Notes: a model not told the origin generated them from the letters alone. A stretch of 64,000 nucleotides of DNA from Dehalococcoidia bacterium (GCA_965219875.1 CBDCOW010000001.1:1036468-1100467), one strand, 5' to 3'; counted from the first letter of the stretch, positions 28,752-39,183 are shown. Numbers and translations are program-made.

Positions 28752-29708
28752 ATGGCTAGATACATAGTCCGCCGGCTGCTGCTCATAATTCCGACGCTGT
28801 TTGTCATTTCGGTCGTCATCTTTGCCATGATACGGATCGCCCCCGGCGACCCGGCCGTTGTCTATTTGTCCCGCGGCGGGCCAACGGAGATCGACGCGGA
28901 GGAGCTTGCCGACTTTCGGGAAAAGCACGGGCTCAATCGGCCGCTCGTCACGCAGTACGGCAGTTGGCTCTGGGGCCTTGCAAGATTCGAGGGCGGCATC
29001 TCCCTCTGGTCGAACAAGCCGGTCTTTGAGGAAATCTCCACCGCGCTGCCGGCAACCGTCGAGCTCGCGATTCTCTCCACGCTCATCGCCCTGGTCATTG
29101 CCGTGCCCGCGGGACTCATCAGCGCCATCAGGCGCGACTCGGCCTGGGACTATGGGTTTCGGGCGTTTGGCCTGTCAGGCCTTGCCATGCCCGATTTCTT
29201 CACGGGCTCGATGCTCCTCTTGATTCTCGTGATCTTCTTCCAGTGGATTCCGCCACTCGAGTATCACGGCTTCTTTGAGGACCCGATCGCCAACCTTGGG
29301 CAAATGATATGGCCCGCCCTGATCCTCGGGCACATTCAGGCCGCGCTCATCAGCAGAATGATTCGCTCGACGACGCTGGAGGTCCTTCAGCAGGACTACG
29401 TGCGCACGGCGACAGCCAAGGGCCTGCGGAACAGCGTCGTCTATCTTCGCCACGCCTTTCGGAACGCCCTCCTACCGGTGGTGACGGTCGCCGGCGTGCA
29501 GTTTGGGCAGGTCCTCGGCGGGGCCGTGATTGTCGAGAACATCTTTGCCATACCGGGCATCGGCTTCAAACTCCTCGATGCGGTACAGCACCGGGACTTT
29601 GTGTTGCTCCAGACGATCGTGGTGCTGTTCGCGCTCGCGATCATGCTCGTTAACTTGCTTGTCGACCTCTTATACGGCCTCTTGGACCCGCGCATTCGCA
29701 TCTCATGA
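28752..29708 (+). CDS. ABC permease (DppB/OppB type)
   Basis: YIVRRLL, PGDP, QDYVRTATAKGL, HAFRNALLPV, LDPRI. Confidence 0.93.
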   Translation: MARYIVRRLLLIIPTLFVISVVIFAMIRIAPGDPAVVYLSRGGPTEIDAEELADFREKHGLNRPLVTQYGSWLWGLARFEGGISLWSNKPVFEEISTALPATVELAILSTLIALVIAVPAGLISAIRRDSAWDYGFRAFGLSGLAMPDFFTGSMLLLILVIFFQWIPPLEYHGFFEDPIANLGQMIWPALILGHIQAALISRMIRSTTLEVLQQDYVRTATAKGLRNSVVYLRHAFRNALLPVVTVAGVQFGQVLGGAVIVENIFAIPGIGFKLLDAVQHRDFVLLQTIVVLFALAIMLVNLLVDLLYGLLDPRIRIS

Positions 29709-29733
29709 ACCTCCAGCTCAACAGAGTGAGCCC

Positions 29734-30573
29734 ATGGCCTCGATTCTTGCGCGGTTCGTCCGCGAACGGCCCCTCGGCGCGGCTGCGGGCGCCGTCATCC
29801 TCATCACGGCCTTCTTGGCGGCCTTCGGCCCATGGGTGCGGCCGTTCGACCCGGTGGAGATCCACTATGACGACACGTTCCAGAAGCCAAACTGGACGTA
29901 CCTCATGGGCACGGACAACTTTGGACGCGACGTCTTCAGCCGTCTTATCACGGCGGCCCGGCCGGTCTTCGTCGTCGCGTTGAGCTCGGTGGCGCTCGGG
30001 TCGGTCGTCGGGGGCTTGATTGGCATAGCGAGCGCCTACCGCGGGGGGTGGCTGGACTCGATTGTCCAGCGCGTCATGGACGGCGTCATGGCCATTCCGA
30101 TTCTGGTGCTGGCGCTCACCATTGCGGCCATGTTCGGTCCGGAGGATAGAAACGTCGTCGCCGCCCTGGCACTGATCAACGTGCCTATCGCGAACCGTAT
30201 CCTCCGGTCCGCCGCTTTAAGCGTCACCGCGGAGCAGTACATCGAGGCCGCAAGGGCGGTCGGTGCGAGCGACCGGCGCTTGATTCTCCGTCACATCACG
30301 CCAAACGTGGTTGCGCCGTTCTTGGTCTTTGCGACCGGCCAGGTCGGCTGGGCCATCATCGTCTTGTCCGCCTTGGCGTTCCTTGGCGTCGCGTCGCCGC
30401 CGCCGGAGCCGTCGTGGGGTGGGATGCTCTCGGAGGGCTCCCGTCAGTATGCGGAGCGGGCCCCGTGGCTCGCCGTCGCCCCGGGCTTCTTCATCGTCGT
30501 CACCGTGTTTGGGTTCAACATCCTCGGCGACGTGCTCCGTGATGTCTTCGACCCGCGCCTGCGCGCAAGGTAG
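29734..30573 (+). CDS. ABC permease (DppC/OppC type)
   Basis: GTDNFGRDVFSR, YIEAARAVGA, HITPN, PSWGGML, DPRLR. Confidence 0.93.
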   Translation: MASILARFVRERPLGAAAGAVILITAFLAAFGPWVRPFDPVEIHYDDTFQKPNWTYLMGTDNFGRDVFSRLITAARPVFVVALSSVALGSVVGGLIGIASAYRGGWLDSIVQRVMDGVMAIPILVLALTIAAMFGPEDRNVVAALALINVPIANRILRSAALSVTAEQYIEAARAVGASDRRLILRHITPNVVAPFLVFATGQVGWAIIVLSALAFLGVASPPPEPSWGGMLSEGSRQYAERAPWLAVAPGFFIVVTVFGFNILGDVLRDVFDPRLRAR

Positions 30574-30600
30574 CCCGTCCGCGAAAGCAGGACCGGGTCG

Positions 30601-31527
30601 CTACGCGGCGTCCGGACCGCCCTGCTGCGCGGCGCACCACTCGACGATCTCCCGGCCGGTGGCCTTCCAGAGCTTGGCCCGCTTGGTGATGTGGGCCAGT
30701 GCCAGGTCGAGGTACTTGATCCTGAAGGGCTGGCCGATGAACCATGGGTGGAGACTCAGCACCAGGACGCGCCCGCTCTCGGCCCCGTCGCGGTAGAGGC
30801 CGTTGAAGGCCTCCTTCACCAGGCCGCTCCACGTCCCTAACGCCATGCTGCGGGTCCAACCCGCCATCACGTCGTCGAGGTCGATGAGCATGGGGAGGGA
30901 GTACAGGCCCTGGGCCTCGCCGGTCATGGGGTAGGGCTGTTCGTCGTTGGGCCAATCGCAAACATAGCGGACGCCCTCTTCCCGCAGGAGGCCCAGGGTG
31001 CGGGTCGACTCGCCGAATTCGGGCCCAAACCATCCCGCGGGGCGGCTTCCGGTCGCCGTCGCGACCGCATCGATCGACCGGCGAATGTAGCCGCGCTCGT
31101 CGTCCTCGGTCATGTTGGACGTGATCGCCTGGGTAATGGCGAGGCCGTGGGCGATGAATTCCCAGCCCCTGCGCTTCCCCTGTTCGACGATGTAGGGATA
31201 GTTCTCGGCGACCGCCGCGTCGATGGCCGCAGTCGCGCGGATGCCGTACTTGTCGAGGACGCGCATGACTCGGAAGACGCCGACACGGTTGCCGTACTCG
31301 CGGTGCGAGAAGTTGCAGAAGTCGGGGAAGGGCATCCGCCCCACGCCGCCGGGCAGGGTCGCGGGCATGAAGGCGCCTTCGGGGGGCGCCAGCTCGTAGT
31401 GTTCGAGGTTGACCACGACGCACAGCGCGACGCGGGCGCCATCAGGCCAACGGAGCGGCGGCCGGTCGGGGAGAGCGGACCACTCGTACAAGGAATGGTC
31501 CATGCCTGGCTTGCGGCCGCCGGGCAT
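30601..31527 (-). CDS. Polysaccharide-deacetylase family (PuuE/allantoinase-like)
   Basis: WPDGARVA..NLEHY, REYGNRVG, DWPNDEQP, LHPWFIGQPFRI. Confidence 0.85.
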   Translation of the reverse strand: MPGGRKPGMDHSLYEWSALPDRPPLRWPDGARVALCVVVNLEHYELAPPEGAFMPATLPGGVGRMPFPDFCNFSHREYGNRVGVFRVMRVLDKYGIRATAAIDAAVAENYPYIVEQGKRRGWEFIAHGLAITQAITSNMTEDDERGYIRRSIDAVATATGSRPAGWFGPEFGESTRTLGLLREEGVRYVCDWPNDEQPYPMTGEAQGLYSLPMLIDLDDVMAGWTRSMALGTWSGLVKEAFNGLYRDGAESGRVLVLSLHPWFIGQPFRIKYLDLALAHITKRAKLWKATGREIVEWCAAQQGGPDAA

Positions 31528-32438
31528 CAGGACGCCCCCGGCGCAAAGCGGGCGGCGTGCGCCACCGCGTCGTCGTAGTAGTGGGCCAGGTAGTATTCGG
31601 CGATCTCGGCCCCGGTAGCCTTCCAAACGCCGGGGTGGGAGAGGATGTAGTCGAAGGCTTGGTCGAGGTATTTCACCCTGTGCGGCTGCCCGATCCAGTA
31701 CGGGTGCAACGAGATGCACAGCACCATGCCGCTCTCCGCGCCTTCCTCGTACAGCACGTCGAACTGGTCTTTGATCATTTCGAGGAAGTGCGGGGCGTCC
31801 CGTCCCTGAAGGCGGACCATGACGTCGTTGAGCTCGATGCTATACGGGACCGATACAAGCCTGCCCTGCCTGACCTTGATAGGAAACGGCTGGTCGTCGT
31901 GGTACCAGTCGGCGTGGTAGATCAAGCCCGCCTCCGCCATCAGGTCGGGGGTCCATTGGTTGTTGGTGAGGGAGGGGCCCAGCATCCCTTTGATCTGCTT
32001 GCCCGTATGCCGCTCGACGGTCTCCATAGTGTCTTTGTAGAAGGCCCGCTCCTCCGCCTCAGTCATGCCGGTGAGGAACCGGGTGTTGTAGATGCCGTGC
32101 GACAGGAACTCCCAGTCGCGGGCGACCATCGCGTCGCGGATCTCCGGGTAGTGTTCGAGCACGGCGACGTTGAGCGAGACCGTCCCCGGCATCTGGTGCT
32201 TGTCGAAGACGTCGAGCATCCGCCAGAACCCCACCCGGTTCCCGTAGTCGCGATAGCCATAGTTCATCACGTCGGGGTGCGGCGTCCTCGGCCACGGGTT
32301 GCGGTGCAGGTTGGGCGGCGGCAGTAGCTCGTAGTGCTCGACGTTGGGCGCGGCCCAGAACGCGATGCGCGCGCCGCCCGGCCACCTGATGGCGGGCCGG
32401 TCGGTGATCGGTGTGTAATCGAACCTGTTTGGATTCAC
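31527..32438 (-). CDS. Polysaccharide-deacetylase family (PuuE/allantoinase-like)
   Basis: WPGGARIA..NVEHY, RDYGNRVG, DWYHDDQP, PYSIELND, LHPYWIGQPHR. Confidence 0.88.
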   Translation of the reverse strand: MNPNRFDYTPITDRPAIRWPGGARIAFWAAPNVEHYELLPPPNLHRNPWPRTPHPDVMNYGYRDYGNRVGFWRMLDVFDKHQMPGTVSLNVAVLEHYPEIRDAMVARDWEFLSHGIYNTRFLTGMTEAEERAFYKDTMETVERHTGKQIKGMLGPSLTNNQWTPDLMAEAGLIYHADWYHDDQPFPIKVRQGRLVSVPYSIELNDVMVRLQGRDAPHFLEMIKDQFDVLYEEGAESGMVLCISLHPYWIGQPHRVKYLDQAFDYILSHPGVWKATGAEIAEYYLAHYYDDAVAHAARFAPGAS

Positions 32439-33127
32439 TTTGGCCGTCGTTGGGCTACGTTGTCGAAATACTCAAAGGCCTGGGCCGCGGGGATCACGTC
32501 ACAATACTTGAACTGTAGGTCGAAGAGCGCCGCCCGGTGAGACAACTCGAAGCGGTCGAAGACGCACTCCTCGATGACGAACGTCTTGAACTCGTAACCC
32601 ACCGCGTCGATCGCCGACGCCCGGACGCACCCGCTGGTGCTGTTCCCGATGAGCAATAGCGTGTCGATCCCTCGGTGGAGGAGGAGGTAGATAAGGTTCG
32701 TTTGAAAGAAGACGCTCGCCCGTTGCTTCTCGACCAGCAAGTCCCCCGGCGCCATGGGTATCTCGGGCGTGAGCTCGGAGAGGGGGCTCAGCTCGCTGTA
32801 CATCCACGTTGGATCGTCGGCTCGCGGAAGGCCCTGACTCGCCCGCGCGATGTTTCTGCTGTACACCACCGGTGCGCCGGCGGACCTGGCCGCGGCGATG
32901 AGCGGCTGCATCCGCCGGAGCGCGGCCCAGCCGGACTCCCCGCAGGCGCCTGGGTATTGCTCCTGCTGCTCGTAGGCCGGCCGGTCATCTCCGAGCGCCC
33001 CACGGTTCATGTCGATGACGAGCAGCGCCGGGCGCTGGCCGAACGGGATCCCTCGCGGTTTCGGAGGCCGCGCCTCGAGGACCTTGACGTCATGCTCGGT
33101 CAGGGACTCGTCCCATGCCGGGGTCAC
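32435..33127 (-). CDS. Isochorismatase-family cysteine hydrolase (maleamate/N-carbamoylsarcosine amidase-like)
   Basis: PALLVIDM, KQRASVF, GNSTSGCVRASAIDA, LFDLQFKYCDV; GTG start after GGAGGAGG. Confidence 0.88.
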   Translation of the reverse strand: MTPAWDESLTEHDVKVLEARPPKPRGIPFGQRPALLVIDMNRGALGDDRPAYEQQEQYPGACGESGWAALRRMQPLIAAARSAGAPVVYSRNIARASQGLPRADDPTWMYSELSPLSELTPEIPMAPGDLLVEKQRASVFFQTNLIYLLLHRGIDTLLLIGNSTSGCVRASAIDAVGYEFKTFVIEECVFDRFELSHRAALFDLQFKYCDVIPAAQAFEYFDNVAQRRPK

Positions 33128-33167
33128 GGATGCCTCCTCCCAGGATTGACTCGAAGGTTGGGTTGGG

Positions 33168-33196
33168 TTGTTACACAACACACCTCTTGCTGTCAA
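33168..33196 (-). promoter_or_regulatory. Sigma70-type promoter candidate for the minus-strand hydrolase operon
   Basis: Minus strand TTGACA-17 nt-TAACAA. Confidence 0.4.
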
Positions 33197-33284
33197 GGAA
33201 TCCGGCTCCTGGCGCGAAGCCGTCGAGTATACTTGCGCCCAACCAAGCGCCTTGGAATTGACGAACGCCGTGACCGGGAGCGCG

Positions 33285-34709
33285 ATGCCCAACGAACTCG
33301 ACGCACTCTTTCAGCCGCGGTCTATCGCCGTGGCCGGCGCGTCGCCGGACACGGCCAAGTGGGGATTCCGGTATTTTCAGGCCCTCGTGGACCACGGCTT
33401 TTCCGGCGACCTCCATCCGGTCAACCCCAAGGCCCAAGACGTCCTAGGCCGCAAAGCGTACGCGAGCGTGGCCGATATACCCGGCACAGTCGACTTTGTC
33501 ATTTCAACGGTGCCGACCCATGCGGCGCTTCAGCTGATGGACGACTGCGTGTCCAAGGGGGTGCGCGCCGTCCATTTCTTCACCGCCAGGTTCAGCGAGA
33601 CGGGCCACGCCGACCGTGCCGGCTTGGAGCAAGACATCCTGCGCCGGGCCCGAGAGGGCGGCGTCCGCATCCTGGGCCCAAACGGCATGGGGGTCTACTG
33701 TCCCGCGCAAGGCATTTCGTTCAAACACCTGCCGGTGGAACCGGGGCCAACCGCCTTCATTTCGCAAAGTGGCGCCTACGCCGGAGAGTTGGTCTACACC
33801 ACCAGCCTCCGAGGGCTCCGCTATAGCAAAGTCGTCAGCTACGGCAACGCCATCGACATCGACGAAAGCGAGCTTCTGGACTACCTCGCCGACGACCCCG
33901 ATACGTCCGTCATCGGCGCCTATCTCGAAGGAGTCCGTGACGGCCCACGGTTCGTCCAGGTCCTGAAGCGCGCGGCCGCCAAGAAGCCCGTGGCGCTGCT
34001 CAAGGGCGGCGCGTCGGCCGCCGGCGCTAAGGCGGTGGCCTCGCACACGGCGTCGCTGGCCGGATCGCGGGAGGTCTGGGAAGCGTTGGCGCGGCAGACC
34101 GGCGCCGTACTCGCGCAGCACTTGGAGGAGTTGTCCGACCTTCTGATCGCCTTCCGTTTCTGCCCGCCGGCGACGGGGATGCGGGTGGGGGTCGTCGGCG
34201 CCGGAGGCGGGCGCAGCGTCGAGTCGGCGGACGCGTGCGAGGCCGCAGGCCTCGTCGTTGAGCCGATTCCCGAAGAGATCCAGGCCGCGTTCCGGTCGAG
34301 AGACCCGGAGCTGTGGGACTGGATCGGCAATCCGGTCGATGGCTCTATCCTGGCGGGCGCAGGCTTCGGGGAAGGCGAGATTCTGGAGCGCATGGCAGCG
34401 AGCCCCAGTTACGACGTGCTTATCGGCAACATCGCCGAGTTTTGGGCCATGGAGCGCCCCGGCGGCGATGACCTCTTCGACTTTGCGGTGGACGATTTTC
34501 TCAAGGCCGCGAAGTCGATCGACAAACCCCTCGTGCTCGTGATGGGCGATGCGGTCGGAGAATATGCGTGGCAGAGCGAGATTCTCAGCAACGCCCGACG
34601 GCGTATCGTCGAGGCCGGCCTGGCGTGCTTCCCCACCGTCCGGAGGGCCGCCGTTGCGCTGCGGGGGATCACGGACTACTACCGGCGGCGGGCCGAGGTC
34701 TCGGCGTGA
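33285..34709 (+). CDS. Acyl-CoA synthetase (ADP-forming), CoA-binding alpha subunit
   Basis: PRSIAVAGAS, PVNP, ILGPNGMG, ISQSG, YGNAIDI, phospho-His motif ASHTASLAG. Confidence 0.9.
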   Translation: MPNELDALFQPRSIAVAGASPDTAKWGFRYFQALVDHGFSGDLHPVNPKAQDVLGRKAYASVADIPGTVDFVISTVPTHAALQLMDDCVSKGVRAVHFFTARFSETGHADRAGLEQDILRRAREGGVRILGPNGMGVYCPAQGISFKHLPVEPGPTAFISQSGAYAGELVYTTSLRGLRYSKVVSYGNAIDIDESELLDYLADDPDTSVIGAYLEGVRDGPRFVQVLKRAAAKKPVALLKGGASAAGAKAVASHTASLAGSREVWEALARQTGAVLAQHLEELSDLLIAFRFCPPATGMRVGVVGAGGGRSVESADACEAAGLVVEPIPEEIQAAFRSRDPELWDWIGNPVDGSILAGAGFGEGEILERMAASPSYDVLIGNIAEFWAMERPGGDDLFDFAVDDFLKAAKSIDKPLVLVMGDAVGEYAWQSEILSNARRRIVEAGLACFPTVRRAAVALRGITDYYRRRAEVSA

Positions 34710-37009
34710 CCGTTGCGGAACAGTCTGGTCTACTGGCGCATGTGCTGGCCGTAGACATCTCTCGAGGGCTTGCCGGCTCGTACGCGGCGACGCTGCTCGA
34801 GACCGTCGGCGCGCGGATCCTGCGGTTCGACCCGCAAGCGCCTGATGGCCGGACTCGAGAGGCGCGTGAACCCTTCCACGGTGGGGAGCGGCGCGCCGTT
34901 CGCCCGCCCGACGACGACGTGATGCTGACCCGAGCGTTCGCGGCGGCGGACGTTCTCGTTCACGACCGCGGCGTGGCGGCGGTCTTGCCTGGGTGGGACG
35001 ACGAGCGGCTGCGCGCGGTGAACCCGCGCCTGATTCGCGCCTCGTTCCCGAACTTTCCTTCGGGGAGCGCCTTGGCGGGCATTCCCGCCGACGAGACCGT
35101 CGTCGCCGCCTACGCGGGGATCTACGGCGATCAGGGAGGGCGTGGGGCGGCGCCCGTCTTCTTGTCGTTGCCCATTTGCAGCTATGCGGCGGCCGTCCTG
35201 GGCTGCTGCGGAGTCACGGCGGCGCTCCTGGCCCGCGGACCGGAAGATGGCGGCCAAGAGGTCGAGGTCTCGCTGTTCTCGGCCGCGTTGGCGATGCAGG
35301 CCGGGCAGGCGGTGGCCGGGGCCAAGATAGCGCCGATGTCGGGAGGGAAACGCCTGCCGCAGGGTACGAACCCTCTGTTTCGCCTGTACCGAGCGTCCGA
35401 CGGGCAATGGTTCTTGCTGGCCTGCGGCAACAACGTGTTCTTTAACAAGCTTTGCGTCGCCGTCGACCGCCTCGATCTGCTCGAAGACCCGCGTTGGAAC
35501 GACGCGCCGTGGGGCATAGCGCCGGTGCACTTCGGGGAAATGACGGGAATCCTCGCCCGCCACTTCGCCGCCAAGCCGGTTAGTCATTGGTTGTCGGTGC
35601 TCGACGCCGGCGATCTTCCCGTCGCTCCCGTCCTTACACGCAGCCAATTTCTCGATCACCCGCAGGTCGTTCATAGCCGCATCGCGCTTGCCGGTGACGA
35701 CCCGCACACCGGTGCATGGCGGCGCATGGGCGCCCCTATCGACTTCTCCGGCAGCCCCGCCGCGTCCTCGGCACCGGTGTCGGACCCGGAATCCGTGCTC
35801 GCCGACTTAGGCGACCGGAACGCCGCCGTGCATCCGCCGCCGGCCGGAGCGAAGCCAAAGCGCCGCGCCGCGCCGCTCGAGGGAATGACGGTTGTGAGCT
35901 TCGCGATGTATATCGCAGGGTCCGGCGCCGCGTCGCTTCTCGCCGACCTTGGGGCGCGGGTCGTCAAGATCGAGCCGCCGCACGGCGACCCTTTTCGTAC
36001 CATCGGGGGCGGGTTCCAGGCCTGGAACCGCGGCGTGCGGTCCATCGGCCTCGACCTTTCCAACGGCGCAAGCCGCGGCATCGTCGACCGGCTCGTGGGG
36101 CAGGCCGACGTCGTCATCGAGAACTTCCGCGTCGGCATGGCCAAGAAGCTGGCGGTGGACTATGAGACGCTCTCGAAGGTCAAGCCGGACTTGGTGTATT
36201 GCTCGTTGACGGGGTACGGTGAAGATGGGCCGTATGCCGAGCGGCCGGCGTTCGATCCGTTGTTCCAAGCCCAGAGCGGACTGATGCAGGCCGAGGGCGG
36301 GCAAGACCGGCCCCCCATCATGTTGCGGATGTCCGTCAGCGATCACATGGCCGGAATGCTCGCCGCTTGGGGCGTCATGACCGCGCTGCTGCACCGGCGG
36401 CGCACCGGACTCGGCCAGCGCGTCAGCACCAACCTGCTCAACGCGATCATCGCCGCCCAGGCCGCGGAGTTTTTCGGAGACGCGGTAGACCAAGATTGGC
36501 TCCCGCAGATTGGCATGTCTCCGCTGCGCCGCATCTTCGAGGCGTCGGATGGCTGGTTGTTCGTGTCCGCGGAAGAGGAATGGCCCGCGCTGTGCCGAGC
36601 GTTGGACGCTCCCGGCCTCGCGGAGGACGCCAGGTTTGCCGGCCCTCGAAGCCGTTGCGCCCAGCAAGAGCTCTCCGACCTCTTGGAGTCGCGTTTCCGG
36701 CGCGAGGGAGTCGTGCACTGGCTTGGTACACTGCGCGCCGAGGGTGTGAAGTGCGCCCGGGCCGACTCAATCGCCGCCGACCTCATGTCCAACGCCGAGG
36801 CGATTGAGGCAGGCGTTGTCGCCGTCCACCAATCTCTGGAGCTAGGAGAAGTGCGACAGCCCGGCCTGTCCATCCGCTTCTCGGAAACTCCCGGCAAGCT
36901 GTGGGGGGCGGCCCCAAGCTTGGGGCAAGATACGGACGAGACGCTCGGCGGTCTTGGGTTCGGTACCGGTGAAATAGCGGAGCTACGGCAAGAGAAAGTG
37001 GTGGTGTAG
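34706..37009 (+). CDS. Two-domain class III CoA-transferase
   Basis: Degenerate N-domain; C-domain LADLGARVVKIEPP, WNRGVRSIGLDL, SVSDHMAG; GTGA overlap with the upstream gene. Confidence 0.88.
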   Translation: MTVAEQSGLLAHVLAVDISRGLAGSYAATLLETVGARILRFDPQAPDGRTREAREPFHGGERRAVRPPDDDVMLTRAFAAADVLVHDRGVAAVLPGWDDERLRAVNPRLIRASFPNFPSGSALAGIPADETVVAAYAGIYGDQGGRGAAPVFLSLPICSYAAAVLGCCGVTAALLARGPEDGGQEVEVSLFSAALAMQAGQAVAGAKIAPMSGGKRLPQGTNPLFRLYRASDGQWFLLACGNNVFFNKLCVAVDRLDLLEDPRWNDAPWGIAPVHFGEMTGILARHFAAKPVSHWLSVLDAGDLPVAPVLTRSQFLDHPQVVHSRIALAGDDPHTGAWRRMGAPIDFSGSPAASSAPVSDPESVLADLGDRNAAVHPPPAGAKPKRRAAPLEGMTVVSFAMYIAGSGAASLLADLGARVVKIEPPHGDPFRTIGGGFQAWNRGVRSIGLDLSNGASRGIVDRLVGQADVVIENFRVGMAKKLAVDYETLSKVKPDLVYCSLTGYGEDGPYAERPAFDPLFQAQSGLMQAEGGQDRPPIMLRMSVSDHMAGMLAAWGVMTALLHRRRTGLGQRVSTNLLNAIIAAQAAEFFGDAVDQDWLPQIGMSPLRRIFEASDGWLFVSAEEEWPALCRALDAPGLAEDARFAGPRSRCAQQELSDLLESRFRREGVVHWLGTLRAEGVKCARADSIAADLMSNAEAIEAGVVAVHQSLELGEVRQPGLSIRFSETPGKLWGAAPSLGQDTDETLGGLGFGTGEIAELRQEKVVV

Positions 37010-37015
37010 GGAACG

Positions 37016-37936
37016 ATGAAAAAGTCGACACAATTGCGTCAACTGTTGGAGCGGAACGAGGTCCTGGCTTGCCCCGGCGTCTACGACGCCTTCACCGCCA
37101 AGATCGTCGAGAAGGCGGGGTTCAGCGCCGCCTACATGACGGGGTACGGGGTCTCGGTGGCCTCGCTGGGCATGCCGGACGTCGGCCTGGCCACGATGAC
37201 GGAAATGCACGACGTGGCCCGCCGAATCGTCAACGCGACCGCCATTCCTATCATCGCCGACTCGGACACCGGCTACGGCAACGCCGTCAACGTCATCCGG
37301 GCGGTCCGCGGCTATATTCAGACCGGCGTCGCGGCGATTCACCTCGAAGACCAGGTCATGCCGAAGCGGTGCGGCCACGTCGAGGGGAAGATGGTCGTGC
37401 CGTTGGAGGAGGCCGCCGGCAAGATTCGGGCCGCGCACGAGACGCGTCTTGAAGAGGACCCGGACTTTGTCCTGATAGCCCGGACCGACGCGTTGGGCGC
37501 GGCGGGCGGCAGCATCGACGAAGCCATTCTCCGGTGCAACGCTTTCGCGGACGCCGGCGCCGACTTGGTGTTCGTCGACGGCGTCAGGACGAGGGAGCAG
37601 CTTGAGCGCATAGCCCAGGAAACATCCCGTCCTCTGCTCTACAACAACGGGGGGATTTCCCCCATCGTCGAGCTTGATGAGCTCGATCGTCTCGGCGTCG
37701 CGGTCTCCATTTTCCCCGGCCTAGCCCTGCGCACGATCGGCGAGGCGTGGTGGAACTTCCTCATCGACTTCAGGGAGCACGGCGTCCAGGCGCAACACGA
37801 TCAATTGTTGCGGATGGAAGACCACCCACTGCGCGACCTGCACGCCTTCTCCGGCATACGAGACATGCGCGAGTTGGAGGAGCGATACCTCCCGGCCGAG
37901 GAAATCGCGCTGCGTTACGAGAGCGGCCCGAAATAG
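37016..37936 (+). CDS. Isocitrate lyase/PEP mutase family C-C lyase (PrpB/2,3-dimethylmalate lyase-like)
   Basis: GMPDVG, ADSDTGYG, HLEDQ..PKRCGH, IARTDA. Confidence 0.9.
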   Translation: MKKSTQLRQLLERNEVLACPGVYDAFTAKIVEKAGFSAAYMTGYGVSVASLGMPDVGLATMTEMHDVARRIVNATAIPIIADSDTGYGNAVNVIRAVRGYIQTGVAAIHLEDQVMPKRCGHVEGKMVVPLEEAAGKIRAAHETRLEEDPDFVLIARTDALGAAGGSIDEAILRCNAFADAGADLVFVDGVRTREQLERIAQETSRPLLYNNGGISPIVELDELDRLGVAVSIFPGLALRTIGEAWWNFLIDFREHGVQAQHDQLLRMEDHPLRDLHAFSGIRDMRELEERYLPAEEIALRYESGPK

Positions 37937-37959
37937 ATGCAGCGTCGCGTGGGGGCGGC

Positions 37960-39183
37960 ATGACGTCTGAACCGACACTGAGGTCACACTATCCTCTGAG
38001 CGGCCTGCGCGTCATCGAGATCGCCGAAGGCGTCGCGGGCTCCTACTGCGCGCGGCTCTTTGCCGACGGAGGAGCCGATGTCGTAAAGATAGAGCCGCCC
38101 CATGGCGACCCCGTTCGCCGCGAACCCCCATTCGCCGGGCCAGCGGGTCCGCCGAACGCGAGCGCGCTCTTCGCCTACCTCAACCGGGGGAAACGGTCGG
38201 TCGTGATGGACGTGGGAAGCGCTCAAGACCAAGCCGCCTTCCGGTCGTTGCTCCCGACGGCCGACGTTGTAGTCCATGACTCCCACGATCCTTCCGAGTC
38301 GCTCGCAGGCATGACCCCGGACCAGCTCTTGGAGGACTTCCCTGAGCTCGTGACCGTGTCGATCACGCCGTTCGGGGAGAGCGGGCCCTATGCCGACCTC
38401 CTGGCCGACGATCTCATTGCCGCGAGCATGGGCGGGCTCCTTGCCGCCAGCCCCGGCTTCCCCGATCACGTCGTTTCGGAAAACGAGCCGCCCCTTAGGG
38501 TCAACGCCCACATCTCCGAGCTGATCGGCGGGGCCTTCGGCGCCATTGGCGGCCTGACCGCACTCAGCGCCAGGGACGTCACCGGGACCGGCGATTACGT
38601 GGAAGTGACCATCCATGAATCGGTCGCGGCGCTTCTTGGCTGGAACCTGGCCGTTGCCGAATACGGGGGCGCCGTCGTGGGCCGGTATCGGGTCCCCGCC
38701 CGGCAGGCGCCCAATCACTATCTGCCCTGCGCCGACGGCTGGGTCGCGCTCGTCGCTTTCCTGGAGCGGCATTGGAACGGCCTCGTGGAGCTCATGGGGA
38801 GTCCCGAATGGGCCGCGCGTCCGGAATTCGCCACCGGCCCCGAGCGCGGCGCCAACTGGGACCTGCTGGAGCCGCTGATCCTAGACTGGCTCATTGAGCA
38901 GCCGGCGCAGTCGTTCTTCGAGGCGGCGCAACTGCGGGGGATTCCCTCGTGCCCCGCGCTCTCCCTTTCCGAGGCCATCGACAGCGATCAGGCCCGCGCC
39001 CGCGACGCCTTGGTTCCGATCGGCTTGCCGGACGCCGCGCGGGGCCTTCTGCCGGGAGACCCGTTCGTAATCGATGGGAAGCGCCGCAAGGCCGGTGGGG
39101 CCGTTCCGGCGCTGGGCGAACACAGCGCCGAGGTACTTGACGGAGCCGCCGAACGGCTGCCGGGCGGGCCGGCCTATGGCTAA
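37960..39183 (+). CDS. Class III CoA-transferase, BbsE-like subunit
   Basis: GADVVKIEPP, LNRGKRSV; Glu at the catalytic position (HISELIGG). Confidence 0.88.
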   Translation: MTSEPTLRSHYPLSGLRVIEIAEGVAGSYCARLFADGGADVVKIEPPHGDPVRREPPFAGPAGPPNASALFAYLNRGKRSVVMDVGSAQDQAAFRSLLPTADVVVHDSHDPSESLAGMTPDQLLEDFPELVTVSITPFGESGPYADLLADDLIAASMGGLLAASPGFPDHVVSENEPPLRVNAHISELIGGAFGAIGGLTALSARDVTGTGDYVEVTIHESVAALLGWNLAVAEYGGAVVGRYRVPARQAPNHYLPCADGWVALVAFLERHWNGLVELMGSPEWAARPEFATGPERGANWDLLEPLILDWLIEQPAQSFFEAAQLRGIPSCPALSLSEAIDSDQARARDALVPIGLPDAARGLLPGDPFVIDGKRRKAGGAVPALGEHSAEVLDGAAERLPGGPAYG

